From: Nitrospira sp. CG24D
GTDB lineage: Bacteria; Nitrospirota; Nitrospiria; Nitrospirales; Nitrospiraceae
Assembly (NCBI GenBank): GCA_002869855.2
Contig: NEWQ02000006.1
Span: 67,045 to 131,044, forward strand
Length of the DNA: 64,000 nucleotides
Direction: 5' to 3'
Shown here: positions 8,311 to 18,493 of the stretch, piece after piece
Layout of the letters: each line of letters begins with the position of its first letter
How positions within the stretch are numbered: the stretch's first letter is position 1
Notes under the pieces: model-generated
Seen by the model: the letters and a program-made list of their open reading frames with translations, nothing else
What the model was told of the DNA's origin: nothing
Databases searched by the model: none
Position numbers and translations under genes: made by a program

Positions 8311-8880
8311 ATGGTACCTACACAGATGTTCCTGACAAGAGGAGTGGGGGTTCACAAGGAGAAGCTGGCTTCTTTTGAGCAAGCCCTGCGCAGTGCCGGT
8401 GTGGCCTACTGCAATCTTGTGACGGTCTCGTCGATTCTTCCGCCAAACTGCAAAATTATTCCGCGCAAGCGGGGTGAAAAAATGCTGAACCCCGGCGAAA
8501 TCACCTTCTGTGTCATGGCCCGATCAGAGACCAATGAACGCAACCGCCTCGTGTCCGCATCCATCGGACTCGCCATTCCAACGGATCGTCAGACCTACGG
8601 CTATCTCTCCGAGCACCATGCCCACGGCGAAACCGACGAGGAGACCGGCGAATATACCGAAGATCTTGCCGCACAGATGCTGGCCACCACGTTGGGGGTC
8701 GAGTTCGATCCGGATATCGCCTGGAAAGAGCGCGAGCAGGTTTTCAAGATGGCCGGACAAATCGTGCGCACGTTGAATATCACGCAGTCGGCCGTCGGCA
8801 AACCGGACAGATGGACGACGGTCATTGCCTTGGCCGTCTTTATCCCCGAGGAAAATATCCCCAAGCGTTCTCGCCGCTAG
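8311..8880 (+). CDS. pdaD: Pyruvoyl-dependent arginine decarboxylase
   Basis: 189 aa, starting [15 protein letters not shown]..., with TVSSILP (the Ser-Ser self-cleavage site region). Confidence 0.9.
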   Translation: MVPTQMFLTRGVGVHKEKLASFEQALRSAGVAYCNLVTVSSILPPNCKIIPRKRGEKMLNPGEITFCVMARSETNERNRLVSASIGLAIPTDRQTYGYLSEHHAHGETDEETGEYTEDLAAQMLATTLGVEFDPDIAWKEREQVFKMAGQIVRTLNITQSAVGKPDRWTTVIALAVFIPEENIPKRSRR

Positions 8881-8945
8881 TTTGGCGTGCGCGTATTGCT
8901 TAGGGACAGGCGCTCCATGCCGGCGTTTGTGGCGGAAGAACAGCT

Positions 8946-9878
8946 ATGACACTGCCTGCTGGGTGGGAAGGCCCGGACCACAATTTCCTGGGGATCGATG
9001 AGCCCTGGTGCCATCCCGAGCAAGCGGGCGTCTACGTCCTGCCGGCTCCATACGAGCACACCTCCAGCTATATTCTCGGATCAGACCGCGGGCCTTCGGC
9101 CATTCTTGAAGCCTCCGCTCAAGTCGAGTTTTATGATGAGCAGCTCGGATGTGAGCCGTTTCGTGAATGGGGCGGCATCGCGACCGCGACCACGCTCGAT
9201 CTTCAAGGGCGCGTGGACGGACAGGCTGTCGACGCGATTCAGTCGTTTGTCGCCCCGCATGTCGGAACCGGGCGATTTCTCGTGACCCTCACCGGCGAGC
9301 ATACGGGTGCGCTCGGGGCGATCCGGGCCCATGCGAAACGGTATCCCGATTTGTGCGTGGTGCAAATCGACGCGCATGGCGATTTGCGCCAGGCCTATGA
9401 GGGAAATCCGTTCAGCCATGCGAGCGTGATGGCCCGAGTTGTCGATGACGGACATCGACTCGTCCAGGTCGGGATCCGGTCAATCTGTCCTGAGGAAATC
9501 CAACGGATCAAAACGACCAAGAGCATCTCCACTTTCTTTGCCGCGTCGATTCTCGATCCATCCGGTCCCTATGAGGGCCGGGCGGCACGGTGGGTGCCTG
9601 AGGTGGTGGCGGCTTGCACCGGACCAGTGTATCTGACGTTCGACTGCGACGGGTTGGACAGTGCCATTATCCCTGCCCTGGGCACGCCTGAACCGGGCGG
9701 CCTCGGCTGGTACGACACGTTGCATTTGGTCACGGCGTTGGCCAACGGGCCGGGGATTGTCGGCATGGATATCAGTGAGATCGCTCCGATCGACGGGTTC
9801 GTGGCGCCGCAATTCGCCATCGCCCGCCTGATCTATCGGATGCTCGGCCGGATCAAAGCCGGCCACCGGGTTCATTAA
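8946..9878 (+). CDS. speB: Agmatinase (ureohydrolase family)
   Basis: 310 aa with arginase-fold metal motifs QIDAHGDLR, LTFDCDGLD and EPGGL. Confidence 0.9.
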   Translation: MTLPAGWEGPDHNFLGIDEPWCHPEQAGVYVLPAPYEHTSSYILGSDRGPSAILEASAQVEFYDEQLGCEPFREWGGIATATTLDLQGRVDGQAVDAIQSFVAPHVGTGRFLVTLTGEHTGALGAIRAHAKRYPDLCVVQIDAHGDLRQAYEGNPFSHASVMARVVDDGHRLVQVGIRSICPEEIQRIKTTKSISTFFAASILDPSGPYEGRAARWVPEVVAACTGPVYLTFDCDGLDSAIIPALGTPEPGGLGWYDTLHLVTALANGPGIVGMDISEIAPIDGFVAPQFAIARLIYRMLGRIKAGHRVH

Positions 9879-9891
9879 GGCATTCACTACG

Positions 9892-10629
9892 ATGACGCGC
9901 GACGTTCACCCCGCGCCGGCTTCCTCCATCCGCATCAATAAGTTTTTCACCGAGCATGGCATTTGTTCCAGGCGCGAGGCGGATCAACGCGTCGAAGCGG
10001 GTCGGGTGACCGTCAACGGAGTCGTCGCGACACTGGGAGATCGAGTGAGTCGGACGGATGTCGTCGCCTGTGACGGGGCGGTCATTCAATGGGGTCAGGC
10101 CTTCATTTACATCAAGTACCACAAGCCGGTCGGGGTCACGACGACGAGCGAGTCGCACGTGCCTCGGAATATCATCGCTGAAATCGGCCATCCCGAGCGC
10201 ATTTTTCCGATCGGACGACTGGACAAGGATTCATCCGGCCTGATTCTGCTGACGAATGACGGAAATATTGTGAATGAAATCTTGCGTGTAGAATTCGGCC
10301 ATGAGCGGGAATATGTGGTGGATGTTGATAGACCGTTCGACGAGGCGTTTCTCAAACATATGGCGGAGGGGGTCGTGATTCTCGGCAGCCGGACGAAACC
10401 TTGCCGAATGGAGCGCGTGCGGCCGAACCGGTTTTGTATCACCTTGACGGAGGGGCGCAATCGCCAGATCCGACGTATGTGCCAGGCGCTGGGCTACCGC
10501 GTGACAGGGTTGCACCGTGTCAGGATCATGCACATTGGAATCACTGGGTTGGGAGCGGGGAGTTGGAAAGAACTCTCGGCCGACGAACGGGCTGAACTTC
10601 TTCGGGCAGTCGGGCGTCCGCCGGCTTAG
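9892..10629 (+). CDS. RsuA/RluF-family pseudouridine synthase
   Basis: An N-terminal S4 domain plus the catalytic motif GRLDKDSSGLILLTNDG. Confidence 0.85.
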   Translation: MTRDVHPAPASSIRINKFFTEHGICSRREADQRVEAGRVTVNGVVATLGDRVSRTDVVACDGAVIQWGQAFIYIKYHKPVGVTTTSESHVPRNIIAEIGHPERIFPIGRLDKDSSGLILLTNDGNIVNEILRVEFGHEREYVVDVDRPFDEAFLKHMAEGVVILGSRTKPCRMERVRPNRFCITLTEGRNRQIRRMCQALGYRVTGLHRVRIMHIGITGLGAGSWKELSADERAELLRAVGRPPA

Positions 10630-11414
10630 CGGGCGTCGCTTGGGATAGGTGAGGCGGATGGTTCGCCGAGATGCTCCCGGTCGGTCGTGCCGGACTGAAG
10701 ATCCTCTGCCGCGTCGCTGTCGTCATCGACCGGTTTTCTGCGTTGGCCCAGGAAGAGGTTGAGCAACGCAATAAAGAAGCTCCCACCCACTAACGTCATG
10801 CTACTGGCCTGAATCGTCTTCGTTCCCTCATCGCGCATATCCTTCGCCACATCGGCGACGGTATCCAACAAATGGTCGAGGGCCAAGCTCACCTGAATCA
10901 TTTTAGGGCCGGCATTGTCGGAGGCATGCTCTTCCGCTTTTCGACGCAGGGCTTCGCGCTCGGCCGGAGAGTTGGCTGTCCATTCCTGGGTCAGGAGCTG
11001 GACGGTGGTGCTGGCTGCGGAGAAGTATTGGTCGAGGCTGCGTCGAACGGACTCAATGTCCTCCGGTTCGCTCCGTCCACTGCGGGAAACGCGCAGGCCC
11101 GCCGCTGCGTACCGGTCGATGGCATGTTGAATCTTCGCCCGCTGAACGGGGAGTGATTCCGTAATGCGTTCGAAGTCCTTCTGACTGTCGGCCTCCAGGG
11201 CCCGAATAATCGTATTGCGGTAGCGCATCGTATCGGCAGAAATATGCGCGAGGTCGGTCGCGCCGAGTGTGTATTCCGTATACATGATGCGCAAGTCCTG
11301 GTCGACCTGGCTCAGGGTTTGTCCGCTGTACCAGCCGATTCCGGCAATGAGGACACTGATCAGAAGCTGGGCGCCGGTCGGTTTAGGGATAGGAAGGCGA
11401 TCGAGCAGTCCCAC
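10626..11414 (-). CDS. Membrane protein with a periplasmic four-helix-bundle (4HB_MCP-like) domain and an acidic tail
   Basis: 262 aa with an N-terminal TM, a helical ectodomain, a second TM (GGSFFIALLNLFLG) and an Asp/Glu-rich C-terminus. It is the last gene of the hlyD-tolC-ABC operon. Confidence 0.6.
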   Translation of the reverse strand: MGLLDRLPIPKPTGAQLLISVLIAGIGWYSGQTLSQVDQDLRIMYTEYTLGATDLAHISADTMRYRNTIIRALEADSQKDFERITESLPVQRAKIQHAIDRYAAAGLRVSRSGRSEPEDIESVRRSLDQYFSAASTTVQLLTQEWTANSPAEREALRRKAEEHASDNAGPKMIQVSLALDHLLDTVADVAKDMRDEGTKTIQASSMTLVGGSFFIALLNLFLGQRRKPVDDDSDAAEDLQSGTTDREHLGEPSASPIPSDAR

Positions 11415-11428
11415 AGTAGTGTCCTTGG

Positions 11429-13096
11429 CTAATCGATGATGATCCGACGATCGACGTGGGGCGTCAGGTTGGGATCGTTTGAGACAAACACCACTGACCA
11501 GGGCTCATCTTTCGAGCAGAGGCGCCGGAGAATCGTCTCCCGCATCGTCGGGTGCATGTTGTGAATGATTCCGTCAAAAATGAGAATCTGTGGCCGGGCG
11601 AGGATGGCGCGCGCGAGCAAGATTCTCATAATGTGGGTCGGGCCCAAGACTTTGCCGGGTGTGCGCACGTGGGACTTGATGCCTTGGGGTAAGGCATCGA
11701 TCTCTTCTTCCAGCTCCGTAAAGCGGAGCGCCCAGCGGACATCGCTGTAAGGCACATAGGACCGGCCTAACACGATGTTTTCCTCGATCGTGCCTTCGAA
11801 CAGAGTGAGTTGGGAGTCGAGCATGAATCCGCGACAACGGTTGACGGCTGTGCGATCCAGATGGCGAAGGTCGACGCCGTTGTAACGGATGACGCCGCGG
11901 GTTGGAGCTTCCAGTCCTGCGAGGACGCGGGCGAGAGCCGTTTTCGCAACGGTGGTACTGGCATAGATGCCGACTTTTTCACCCGGCATGACTTCCAGGT
12001 CAAAGTTCGAAAAAATGGAAGGGGTTCCTGGATGCACCACCGCCAGGTCTTTGCACGTCAGTCGAATTCCGTGGATGGTGGGGTCAGGCAACGGAACGGA
12101 CAGCGTTGCTGACTCCTGGTCTTTGGGAAGCGCAAAGAACTGGTCGAGTTCTGTCAAGGCGGTCATGAAGTAATAGACATGCCCCATCCGCTTGACCACG
12201 GCGTCGAAACTATTGAGCAACCCGGCCACCACCACTTCGGCTGCCACCAACTGTCCGATCGTCAATTGACCGATCGAGAGGAGCCATCCGGCGGTGGCAA
12301 TAAGGCTGCTGTGGCCAATAGCCTGCCACCCGACTGCGCCGAGGTATTGGCGCGCGAGGACGGCAAAGCGCGCTCGCCTGGTCGCGACATAGTTGTCGAC
12401 CAACTTATCGGATTTTTGCATGAGCAATGGCTGACTATCGGTCGCCTTGAAATGCAGTAAGTTGTAAGAGATCTCCTGGATCCAGTGCAGCGTCTCGTAT
12501 TTGGCATGGGAGACCTCGATGGTGGTCCGAAGTCCGCCATGCGATAGGAGAAAGAACACCACATTGAACCCTGTGAACAGCAATGCGTCGTACAGCAAGA
12601 AATACGGGTGGTAGAAGACGAGGATCGACATGCCCACGGCGCCTCCAACGACCACATTGATCATGTCGACAAGCAACACCGAGAGCGCCCGTTGTATCAG
12701 CACGGTTTCGAGAAAAAAATTCGCGAAGCGGGGTTTGAAGCTCTGATACTGCATGAGTGGCAACTGTTGTGTCATGGCGAGGGTCACGCGAGCGAACACC
12801 CGCCGTTCCAGCACCTCGACGGCGTAGTACTGGAGAGTTTTGAAGACTCCGACAAAGGCCAGGGCCGACGCCATGATGACGGCAAGAGTCACGATGGTGA
12901 TGGGCTGAATCGCGAAGGCGAAGGTGTTGACGAGTTCCTGGACCGTCAACGGAACAATCAGTGAGAACAGTCCGATGGCAAGCGAATAGGAGAAGATGAG
13001 CCCGAGGACCTTCTTCTCAAGGCGGAAGAGGAGACCCAGGTGTCCCAGCATGGCCCGGAAGAGATTCGGCTGTGTATCAGAATGGCCTTGGGCCAT
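11429..13096 (-). CDS. ABC-exporter-fold protein (TMD plus NBD) with a degenerate nucleotide-binding domain
   Basis: 555 aa with a six-helix TMD. The NBD motifs are eroded: Walker A is YASTTVAKT, the signature is LGPTH instead of LSGGQ, Walker B is ILIFDG (no catalytic Glu), and the H-loop position reads VSND. Confidence 0.8.
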   Translation of the reverse strand: MAQGHSDTQPNLFRAMLGHLGLLFRLEKKVLGLIFSYSLAIGLFSLIVPLTVQELVNTFAFAIQPITIVTLAVIMASALAFVGVFKTLQYYAVEVLERRVFARVTLAMTQQLPLMQYQSFKPRFANFFLETVLIQRALSVLLVDMINVVVGGAVGMSILVFYHPYFLLYDALLFTGFNVVFFLLSHGGLRTTIEVSHAKYETLHWIQEISYNLLHFKATDSQPLLMQKSDKLVDNYVATRRARFAVLARQYLGAVGWQAIGHSSLIATAGWLLSIGQLTIGQLVAAEVVVAGLLNSFDAVVKRMGHVYYFMTALTELDQFFALPKDQESATLSVPLPDPTIHGIRLTCKDLAVVHPGTPSIFSNFDLEVMPGEKVGIYASTTVAKTALARVLAGLEAPTRGVIRYNGVDLRHLDRTAVNRCRGFMLDSQLTLFEGTIEENIVLGRSYVPYSDVRWALRFTELEEEIDALPQGIKSHVRTPGKVLGPTHIMRILLARAILARPQILIFDGIIHNMHPTMRETILRRLCSKDEPWSVVFVSNDPNLTPHVDRRIIID

Positions 13097-13238
13097 GCCT
13101 TTCAGATCCTTACGCTAAATCGCCGAGGCGCGGTGCAGAAAGGAATCTCGTCACGAGGCGCGCTCGTGACGTTGCCGGATCAACGTTGATCCGGTCACCC
13201 TAGCAAATATCCGCTGTAAATTCCACGTTTACACGGAC

Positions 13239-14723
13239 TTAGTCGCGAGACCGGTAATTGACCGGAACCGCGCTCGGGTTGCTCTTGGCCCAGGCGCCGA
13301 TGGCCCATTGATAGAGAGCCTGGGCTTTCTGGTAGTCGGCTTTGGCGCGAATCACCTGGGCCTCGGAGTCCACTGAGTTGCGCTCGCGGAGATTGACGAA
13401 GAGTACGCTGGTTGCGCCCAACCCAAAACGGAATCGCTCGCCTTCTTCGAGTGTCTTGGCAAGGCGCAAGGACTGGACGGCAGCCTCCATCCGTTCTTTG
13501 GCCCGCTCGATCGCGGAGAGCGCATTGTCGACATCAATTACTACCTGCTGTTCACGGAACTTTTGGACCATGACGAAGCGGTCGGCTTTGCCCTGCGCTT
13601 CAAGCACTTCGCCGCGGCTTCGACGCTGGAGAATGGGGATTTTGAGTTCAAGGCCAAAGCGGTACCCGAGGCCGAGCACGAATTTCTCCGGCGCGCGGGC
13701 CGGTGCCGCTTCGGCGTCCAGGCTCGGGAGTAAGTTGTTTTTGGCGAGTTCCAGGTCGATATCGTTCATTTTCGCTTCAATTCCGATTTCTCTAATTTCT
13801 GGCCGCTCGGCTTTCGCTTGAACTTTATGGGCCTTGACGGCGTCAGGCGTCGGAGACAGCATCTGTGCCGGAAAGTCCGGGACCCGGTCGAGGGCGGGAA
13901 GCGATGGAACGTTGTTCTCCCACAGGAACATCGAGAGTTTGAATTGTTCCTGCTCCACCTGGCGCTGTGCGGCAATGGAGACCTCTCGACGGCGCTGGAC
14001 TTCCTGGTTGGCTTCGACCACGTCTAGTGGTGCGACGGCTCCGGCCTTCGCCCGCCCTTCCACCTGCTTAAACCGGTCCTCTGCCACTTTGAGGGCTTTG
14101 CGCTGGACTTCGACATAGCGGACGGCCGCGACCCAATCCCAGAATTGTGTGGCCGCTGCGAGGAATAGATCCTGGCGGGTTTGTGCGATACGGATATCCG
14201 CTCGGGGATCGGCCAGCTCCGACCGCTGCAGTTCGGCATTTTCAGGGTTGACCATCAAGCCTTTCAGGAGAGGAAAGAACCCTCCCAGAAGGACCTGCTG
14301 GTTTCCGTTTCCAAAAGAAAGATCAGGAATCTTGGCATCGCCAATAGCTTGGCGGACCCCTGCGCTGTACCGAAATCCCATCGGATTCCGGGCTTCGATG
14401 AGCGTGTCGTTGAAGCCGACCGATTGGGTGCCGAACTTATCCTTTGAGACAAACCGTTCGATTTCGGTGTCATTGATGAGGACGGGCTCAAAGGCTCCAA
14501 GGGCTTTGAGCATTCGGCCGCGTGCCATTACTTTCTCGGTCCCGGCTCCTTTTAACAACGGGTGTGAGCGATCGATCCAGGCGTGGATTTCATCCACGCT
14601 CAACGGAATTGCGGGGAGCCCTTTTGCCGGGTCTCCCTCGGCTGCGGCGGCGGCGTTGAACGGAACTGATGGCACCGATAGAACGAGCGCCCCAAGCACG
14701 AGGCCGAACCGTAATAACATCAT
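13239..14723 (-). CDS. TolC-family outer-membrane efflux protein
   Basis: ATG at 14723 follows AAGGAG. It has a signal peptide (MMLLRFGLVLGALVLSVPSVPFNAAAA) and two repeated coiled/beta OEP-like halves. Confidence 0.8.
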   Translation of the reverse strand: MMLLRFGLVLGALVLSVPSVPFNAAAAAEGDPAKGLPAIPLSVDEIHAWIDRSHPLLKGAGTEKVMARGRMLKALGAFEPVLINDTEIERFVSKDKFGTQSVGFNDTLIEARNPMGFRYSAGVRQAIGDAKIPDLSFGNGNQQVLLGGFFPLLKGLMVNPENAELQRSELADPRADIRIAQTRQDLFLAAATQFWDWVAAVRYVEVQRKALKVAEDRFKQVEGRAKAGAVAPLDVVEANQEVQRRREVSIAAQRQVEQEQFKLSMFLWENNVPSLPALDRVPDFPAQMLSPTPDAVKAHKVQAKAERPEIREIGIEAKMNDIDLELAKNNLLPSLDAEAAPARAPEKFVLGLGYRFGLELKIPILQRRSRGEVLEAQGKADRFVMVQKFREQQVVIDVDNALSAIERAKERMEAAVQSLRLAKTLEEGERFRFGLGATSVLFVNLRERNSVDSEAQVIRAKADYQKAQALYQWAIGAWAKSNPSAVPVNYRSRD

Positions 14724-14844
14724 GGCTACTCCTTTGCTCTCCTGGATATGAGCACGTTGTCGCCCATCGACTCGCGGGCATAGGGCATGAACCGATATGC
14801 GGTGGAGAGGTGAATCAGCAAGAAAACGAAGCTGGTTGGAGCGG

Positions 14845-16380
14845 TTACTTCGCACCTCGTCCCGCCTTCGGTAAGAGCGTGTCGATGAGACTTGGCGGAC
14901 GCTCTTGGTAATCAGGCGGGAAGAGGTTGAAGCGCCGCCAGAGCTCATACCAGAGCGGGACACGATTGAGTATGACCCAGCCCATGACTTTGGTGCCCTG
15001 CCGCACATGGCTTTGCTCCGGCCATGTCCGGTCTTCAGGGTCCGGTACTACCCAGAAACGGAAATTGCCCTTGCCATCGTCCACTTGGTCAATCACCTTG
15101 ATCACACCAGTGTAGGTGCCTGCCATCACCTCTGGCCAGGCGGGAAGCGGAATCGCCGGGATGCCATAGAAGAGGATTTTGACTTTCCGCCCGACATTGA
15201 GGAGTGGAGCGTCAATCCCGTCAGCGGTCATTTCAATGGCTTTGTCGAGACTGTTAGGTGAAACGCGGACGATCTTGTCTCCCTGTCGGACGGTTTCTCC
15301 GGCACCGGCTTGAGCCATCTTGACGACTGTTCCGTCGATCGGCGCCAAAATCTTACTGGCGCTGCGACGTTGCGTCGCATTCGACATGCGGAGGGAGACT
15401 TCGGCCAGCTGATCGGCGGCCTTGGCGGCTTCGCCTACGGAAGCATCCCGCGCCGCTTCAGCATCCAATAGCCGTTGCAACACTTCGGCGCTGATCTGTG
15501 CTCGGCCAAATCCGAGAGCCTTCGTGGATTGCTCGGCGGCCTTCAAATTGGCTCGTGCCCCTTGGAGGTCTGCTTTGCTGGCGAGCGCCGCTTGGATCGT
15601 CACCTCGAGTTCGCGCTGCGACACCAGGCCTTCTTCGGCGAGCTGTTTATGGCGCTCTACGTTCAATTCTGCCGTTGCGACCGCGATCTTGGCAGCTTCG
15701 ATTTTTTGGAAGGCTTCGAGGACCTTGTTGTCGGCTTCGCCCACTCTGGCCTGAGCCCCGGGAACCGCGGCCTTTACGAGGTTCTGCATTTCCTTGATGC
15801 GCTTATCGAGTTGGTCTGCTCGGGAGAGGGCGGCCTTCCGGGTTTGTTCAAGCGCTTTCTTGCGTTGATCGAGGAACGACAAGAGGTCCGGTGCCATGAA
15901 GTTCGGATCGTAATCCTCCAACTCCACGATAAGGTCCCCCTGTTTCACGCGGACGCCTTCGAAGACGTGCCATTTTTGGATACGTCCCGTGATCTGGGCT
16001 TCGATATCTTGTGGCCGCTCATATGGTGAATAGGCCGAGAGTTGACCAGTGACGGTGATCGTCTGTGTCCAAGGAACAAAGGCAATGATGAGGAGGAACA
16101 GGATGACGAGTTTAATGGCCAGCCGGGAAGAAAACTTCAACCGTTCAGGAATCTGGACAGCTTCCCACGATTGAAGCTTGCTGGATGTGGCAAGGTCATC
16201 GATCGAAATCTCGCTCAGACCGCTGTCCCTCGCGATGAGCGAACGGACTTTGTTTTTCAGATCTGAACCAAGGCGAGCCACGACGGTAATCTCCTCAGGC
16301 GATGGCAGTATAGGAGCCGTATACCGCACATCATATGAGAAACATTGGGTGGAGGTCAATTTGAAGTGCGGAACCGGCAT
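14845..16380 (-). CDS. HlyD-family membrane fusion/secretion protein
   Basis: 511 aa with one TM (LAIKLVILFLLIIAFVPW), a biotinyl-lipoyl-like segment (VKQGDLIVELED) and a long coiled coil. Confidence 0.85.
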   Translation of the reverse strand: MPVPHFKLTSTQCFSYDVRYTAPILPSPEEITVVARLGSDLKNKVRSLIARDSGLSEISIDDLATSSKLQSWEAVQIPERLKFSSRLAIKLVILFLLIIAFVPWTQTITVTGQLSAYSPYERPQDIEAQITGRIQKWHVFEGVRVKQGDLIVELEDYDPNFMAPDLLSFLDQRKKALEQTRKAALSRADQLDKRIKEMQNLVKAAVPGAQARVGEADNKVLEAFQKIEAAKIAVATAELNVERHKQLAEEGLVSQRELEVTIQAALASKADLQGARANLKAAEQSTKALGFGRAQISAEVLQRLLDAEAARDASVGEAAKAADQLAEVSLRMSNATQRRSASKILAPIDGTVVKMAQAGAGETVRQGDKIVRVSPNSLDKAIEMTADGIDAPLLNVGRKVKILFYGIPAIPLPAWPEVMAGTYTGVIKVIDQVDDGKGNFRFWVVPDPEDRTWPEQSHVRQGTKVMGWVILNRVPLWYELWRRFNLFPPDYQERPPSLIDTLLPKAGRGAK

Positions 16381-16497
16381 CCATGGAGCTGCGTGCGGTG
16401 AGAGGGTTCACCTTGACCCGTTCCGGAAGAATCGCTAAGGTGGCGCTCTGTTTTTGAGGCTGTGGTGGCTGTGGGATGAAGGAAGGAGTGCGCTGGT

Positions 16498-17067
16498 ATG
16501 GCTGGAACAGGACGATCCTCTCGCCGGGTAAGCAAGGCGCACGGTCCGCTCATCGGAATTCTCGGGGGCAGCAAATCCGATTTTCCGATTCTGGAGAAAG
16601 CCGGCGCGCTGCTCTCGGAATTTGAGATTCCCTATGAACTCTTAGTGGTGTCGGCTCACCGGACACCGGACCGGCTCTTTGAGTATGCCGAGACCGCGCC
16701 GGGACGAGGCATCGAAGTCATCATTGCGGGCGCCGGCGGGGCGGCCCATCTTCCAGGCATGTTGGCGGCCAAGACCCATTTGCCGGTCATCGGTGTACCC
16801 ATTCCCACGGAAAATCTGAGAGGGCTGGATTCGTTGCTGTCTATCGTTCAGATGCCGAAAGGAATTCCTGTGGCGACGGTTGCCATCGGAGGGGCGGACA
16901 ATGCCGCCTTGCTGGCGGCCCAAATCCTGGCAGGCCGGTATCCCTGGATTGCCGATCGCGTGAAAGCGTTTCGCACGTCCCAAACTGAAAGTGTCCTCAA
17001 TTCTCCGGAGGCTCAGGGAACCAGCGTGGGTAGTCTCCAAGCGGATCGGACGAGCCAGCGGTCGTGA
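16498..17067 (+). CDS. purE: N5-carboxyaminoimidazole ribonucleotide mutase
   Basis: Motifs [11 protein letters not shown] and [10 protein letters not shown]. Confidence 0.9.
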   Translation: MAGTGRSSRRVSKAHGPLIGILGGSKSDFPILEKAGALLSEFEIPYELLVVSAHRTPDRLFEYAETAPGRGIEVIIAGAGGAAHLPGMLAAKTHLPVIGVPIPTENLRGLDSLLSIVQMPKGIPVATVAIGGADNAALLAAQILAGRYPWIADRVKAFRTSQTESVLNSPEAQGTSVGSLQADRTSQRS

Positions 17068-18224
17068 CCATGCAGCCCCTCGGACCCGGTGCTATCCTCG
17101 GAGTATTGGGTGGGGGGCAGCTCGGCGCGATGTTCACGCGTGCGGCTCTGCAGCTTGGCTATCAGGTCGCCGTCTGGGATCCGGATCCCGATGCGCCGGC
17201 GCATCGGTTCGCGAGCCGGTCTTTTTCAGCTTCTTTTACGGATCCTTCTGCCTACCGTGAATTCAGCCAACTGGTGTCTGCCGTCACGTTCGAATGGGAA
17301 AACGTGCCGGCATCGCTTTGTGAACAGTTGAGCCAGATCTGCCCTGTCCGTCCGTCCGGTGCCGTGCTTCGAGTCATTCAAGATCGGATCGATCAAAAAC
17401 AATTTTTGCAGTCGCAGGGACTTCCGGTTCCATCGTTTTCGGTGGTGACGAATCCCGCTGAACTTGCCGGGATCGTTCAAGTCTTCGGGTGTGCCGTGAT
17501 CTGCAAAACGGCTACAGCGGGGTATGACGGAAAGGGCCAGTGGCCCATCAGGCAGCCGGCCGACATCGCGGAGGTGGAGGTGGCACTTCGGACAATGGTG
17601 CCGACCGGTGCGCGGTGGATTGTCGAGTCTATGGTGGAGTATGTGCGGGAGTTATCGGTGCTGGTCGTTCGGGGCGCGACGGGAGAGCATCGCCTGTATC
17701 CGGTCGTTGAAAACCGGCATGAGGCCGGGATTCTTCGGGTGACGGTGGCTCCGGCTATGGTCTCTCCCGAGGTTGTGGCGCAGGCGAAGGATTTGGCTCT
17801 TCATGCCGTGGAAGCTCTCGGTGGTATAGGGGTGTTTTGTGTTGAGCTGTTTCAGCTTCGTGGGGATCGTCTGTTGATCAACGAAATCGCGCCGCGTCCG
17901 CATAATTCCGGACACTACACCTTGGACGCGTGCACCGTGTCACAATTCGAGCAGCAGGTGCGGGCATTGTGTGCGATGCCGCTTGGAGAAGTCAGACTGT
18001 TGTGTCCTGTCGCCATGGTGAACCTAATCGGCCATGACGTTGAGAAGATCACGAGTTCGACTGGATGCAGAGACCTCCTGGCCATTCCAGGGGCCAAGCT
18101 CCATCTGTACGGGAAGCGCAAGGTCAGGCCCGGCCGAAAAATGGGGCATGTCACCTTCCTTGCAGAGTCAGGCGACGAGGCGACGGGCCGCGCCAGCCAG
18201 TTCATGAAGTTACTGGCGTTGTAA
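17064..18224 (+). CDS. purK: N5-carboxyaminoimidazole ribonucleotide synthase (ATP-grasp)
   Basis: Starts at GTG 17064 (overlapping the purE stop) or ATG 17070. The N-terminus is GVLGGGQLG and the fold is ATP-grasp. Confidence 0.9.
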   Translation: MTMQPLGPGAILGVLGGGQLGAMFTRAALQLGYQVAVWDPDPDAPAHRFASRSFSASFTDPSAYREFSQLVSAVTFEWENVPASLCEQLSQICPVRPSGAVLRVIQDRIDQKQFLQSQGLPVPSFSVVTNPAELAGIVQVFGCAVICKTATAGYDGKGQWPIRQPADIAEVEVALRTMVPTGARWIVESMVEYVRELSVLVVRGATGEHRLYPVVENRHEAGILRVTVAPAMVSPEVVAQAKDLALHAVEALGGIGVFCVELFQLRGDRLLINEIAPRPHNSGHYTLDACTVSQFEQQVRALCAMPLGEVRLLCPVAMVNLIGHDVEKITSSTGCRDLLAIPGAKLHLYGKRKVRPGRKMGHVTFLAESGDEATGRASQFMKLLAL

Positions 18225-18493
18225 GTTAGGGCGAGATAATCAGTACCACCAGACTCGCTCGAGTTAGCGACTCGCCCCCACGTTCATGGACGCCTCACCA
18301 ATGGCGCACAATCGATAGACCCTCTTGTGACCTTCCCGGCAGCCGTTCGATTTTGTATGGACCGTAGGGTCCATTCTTCGTGCTGAGTCACGGAAAGACC
18401 TCCGGATTACTATGCCAATCGACAGATTCTGATCCCTCAAGAGGGGTACAGAAGTTGCTGTCCTTACGCGTGGTCTCTCGGGAGGGCTATCCT

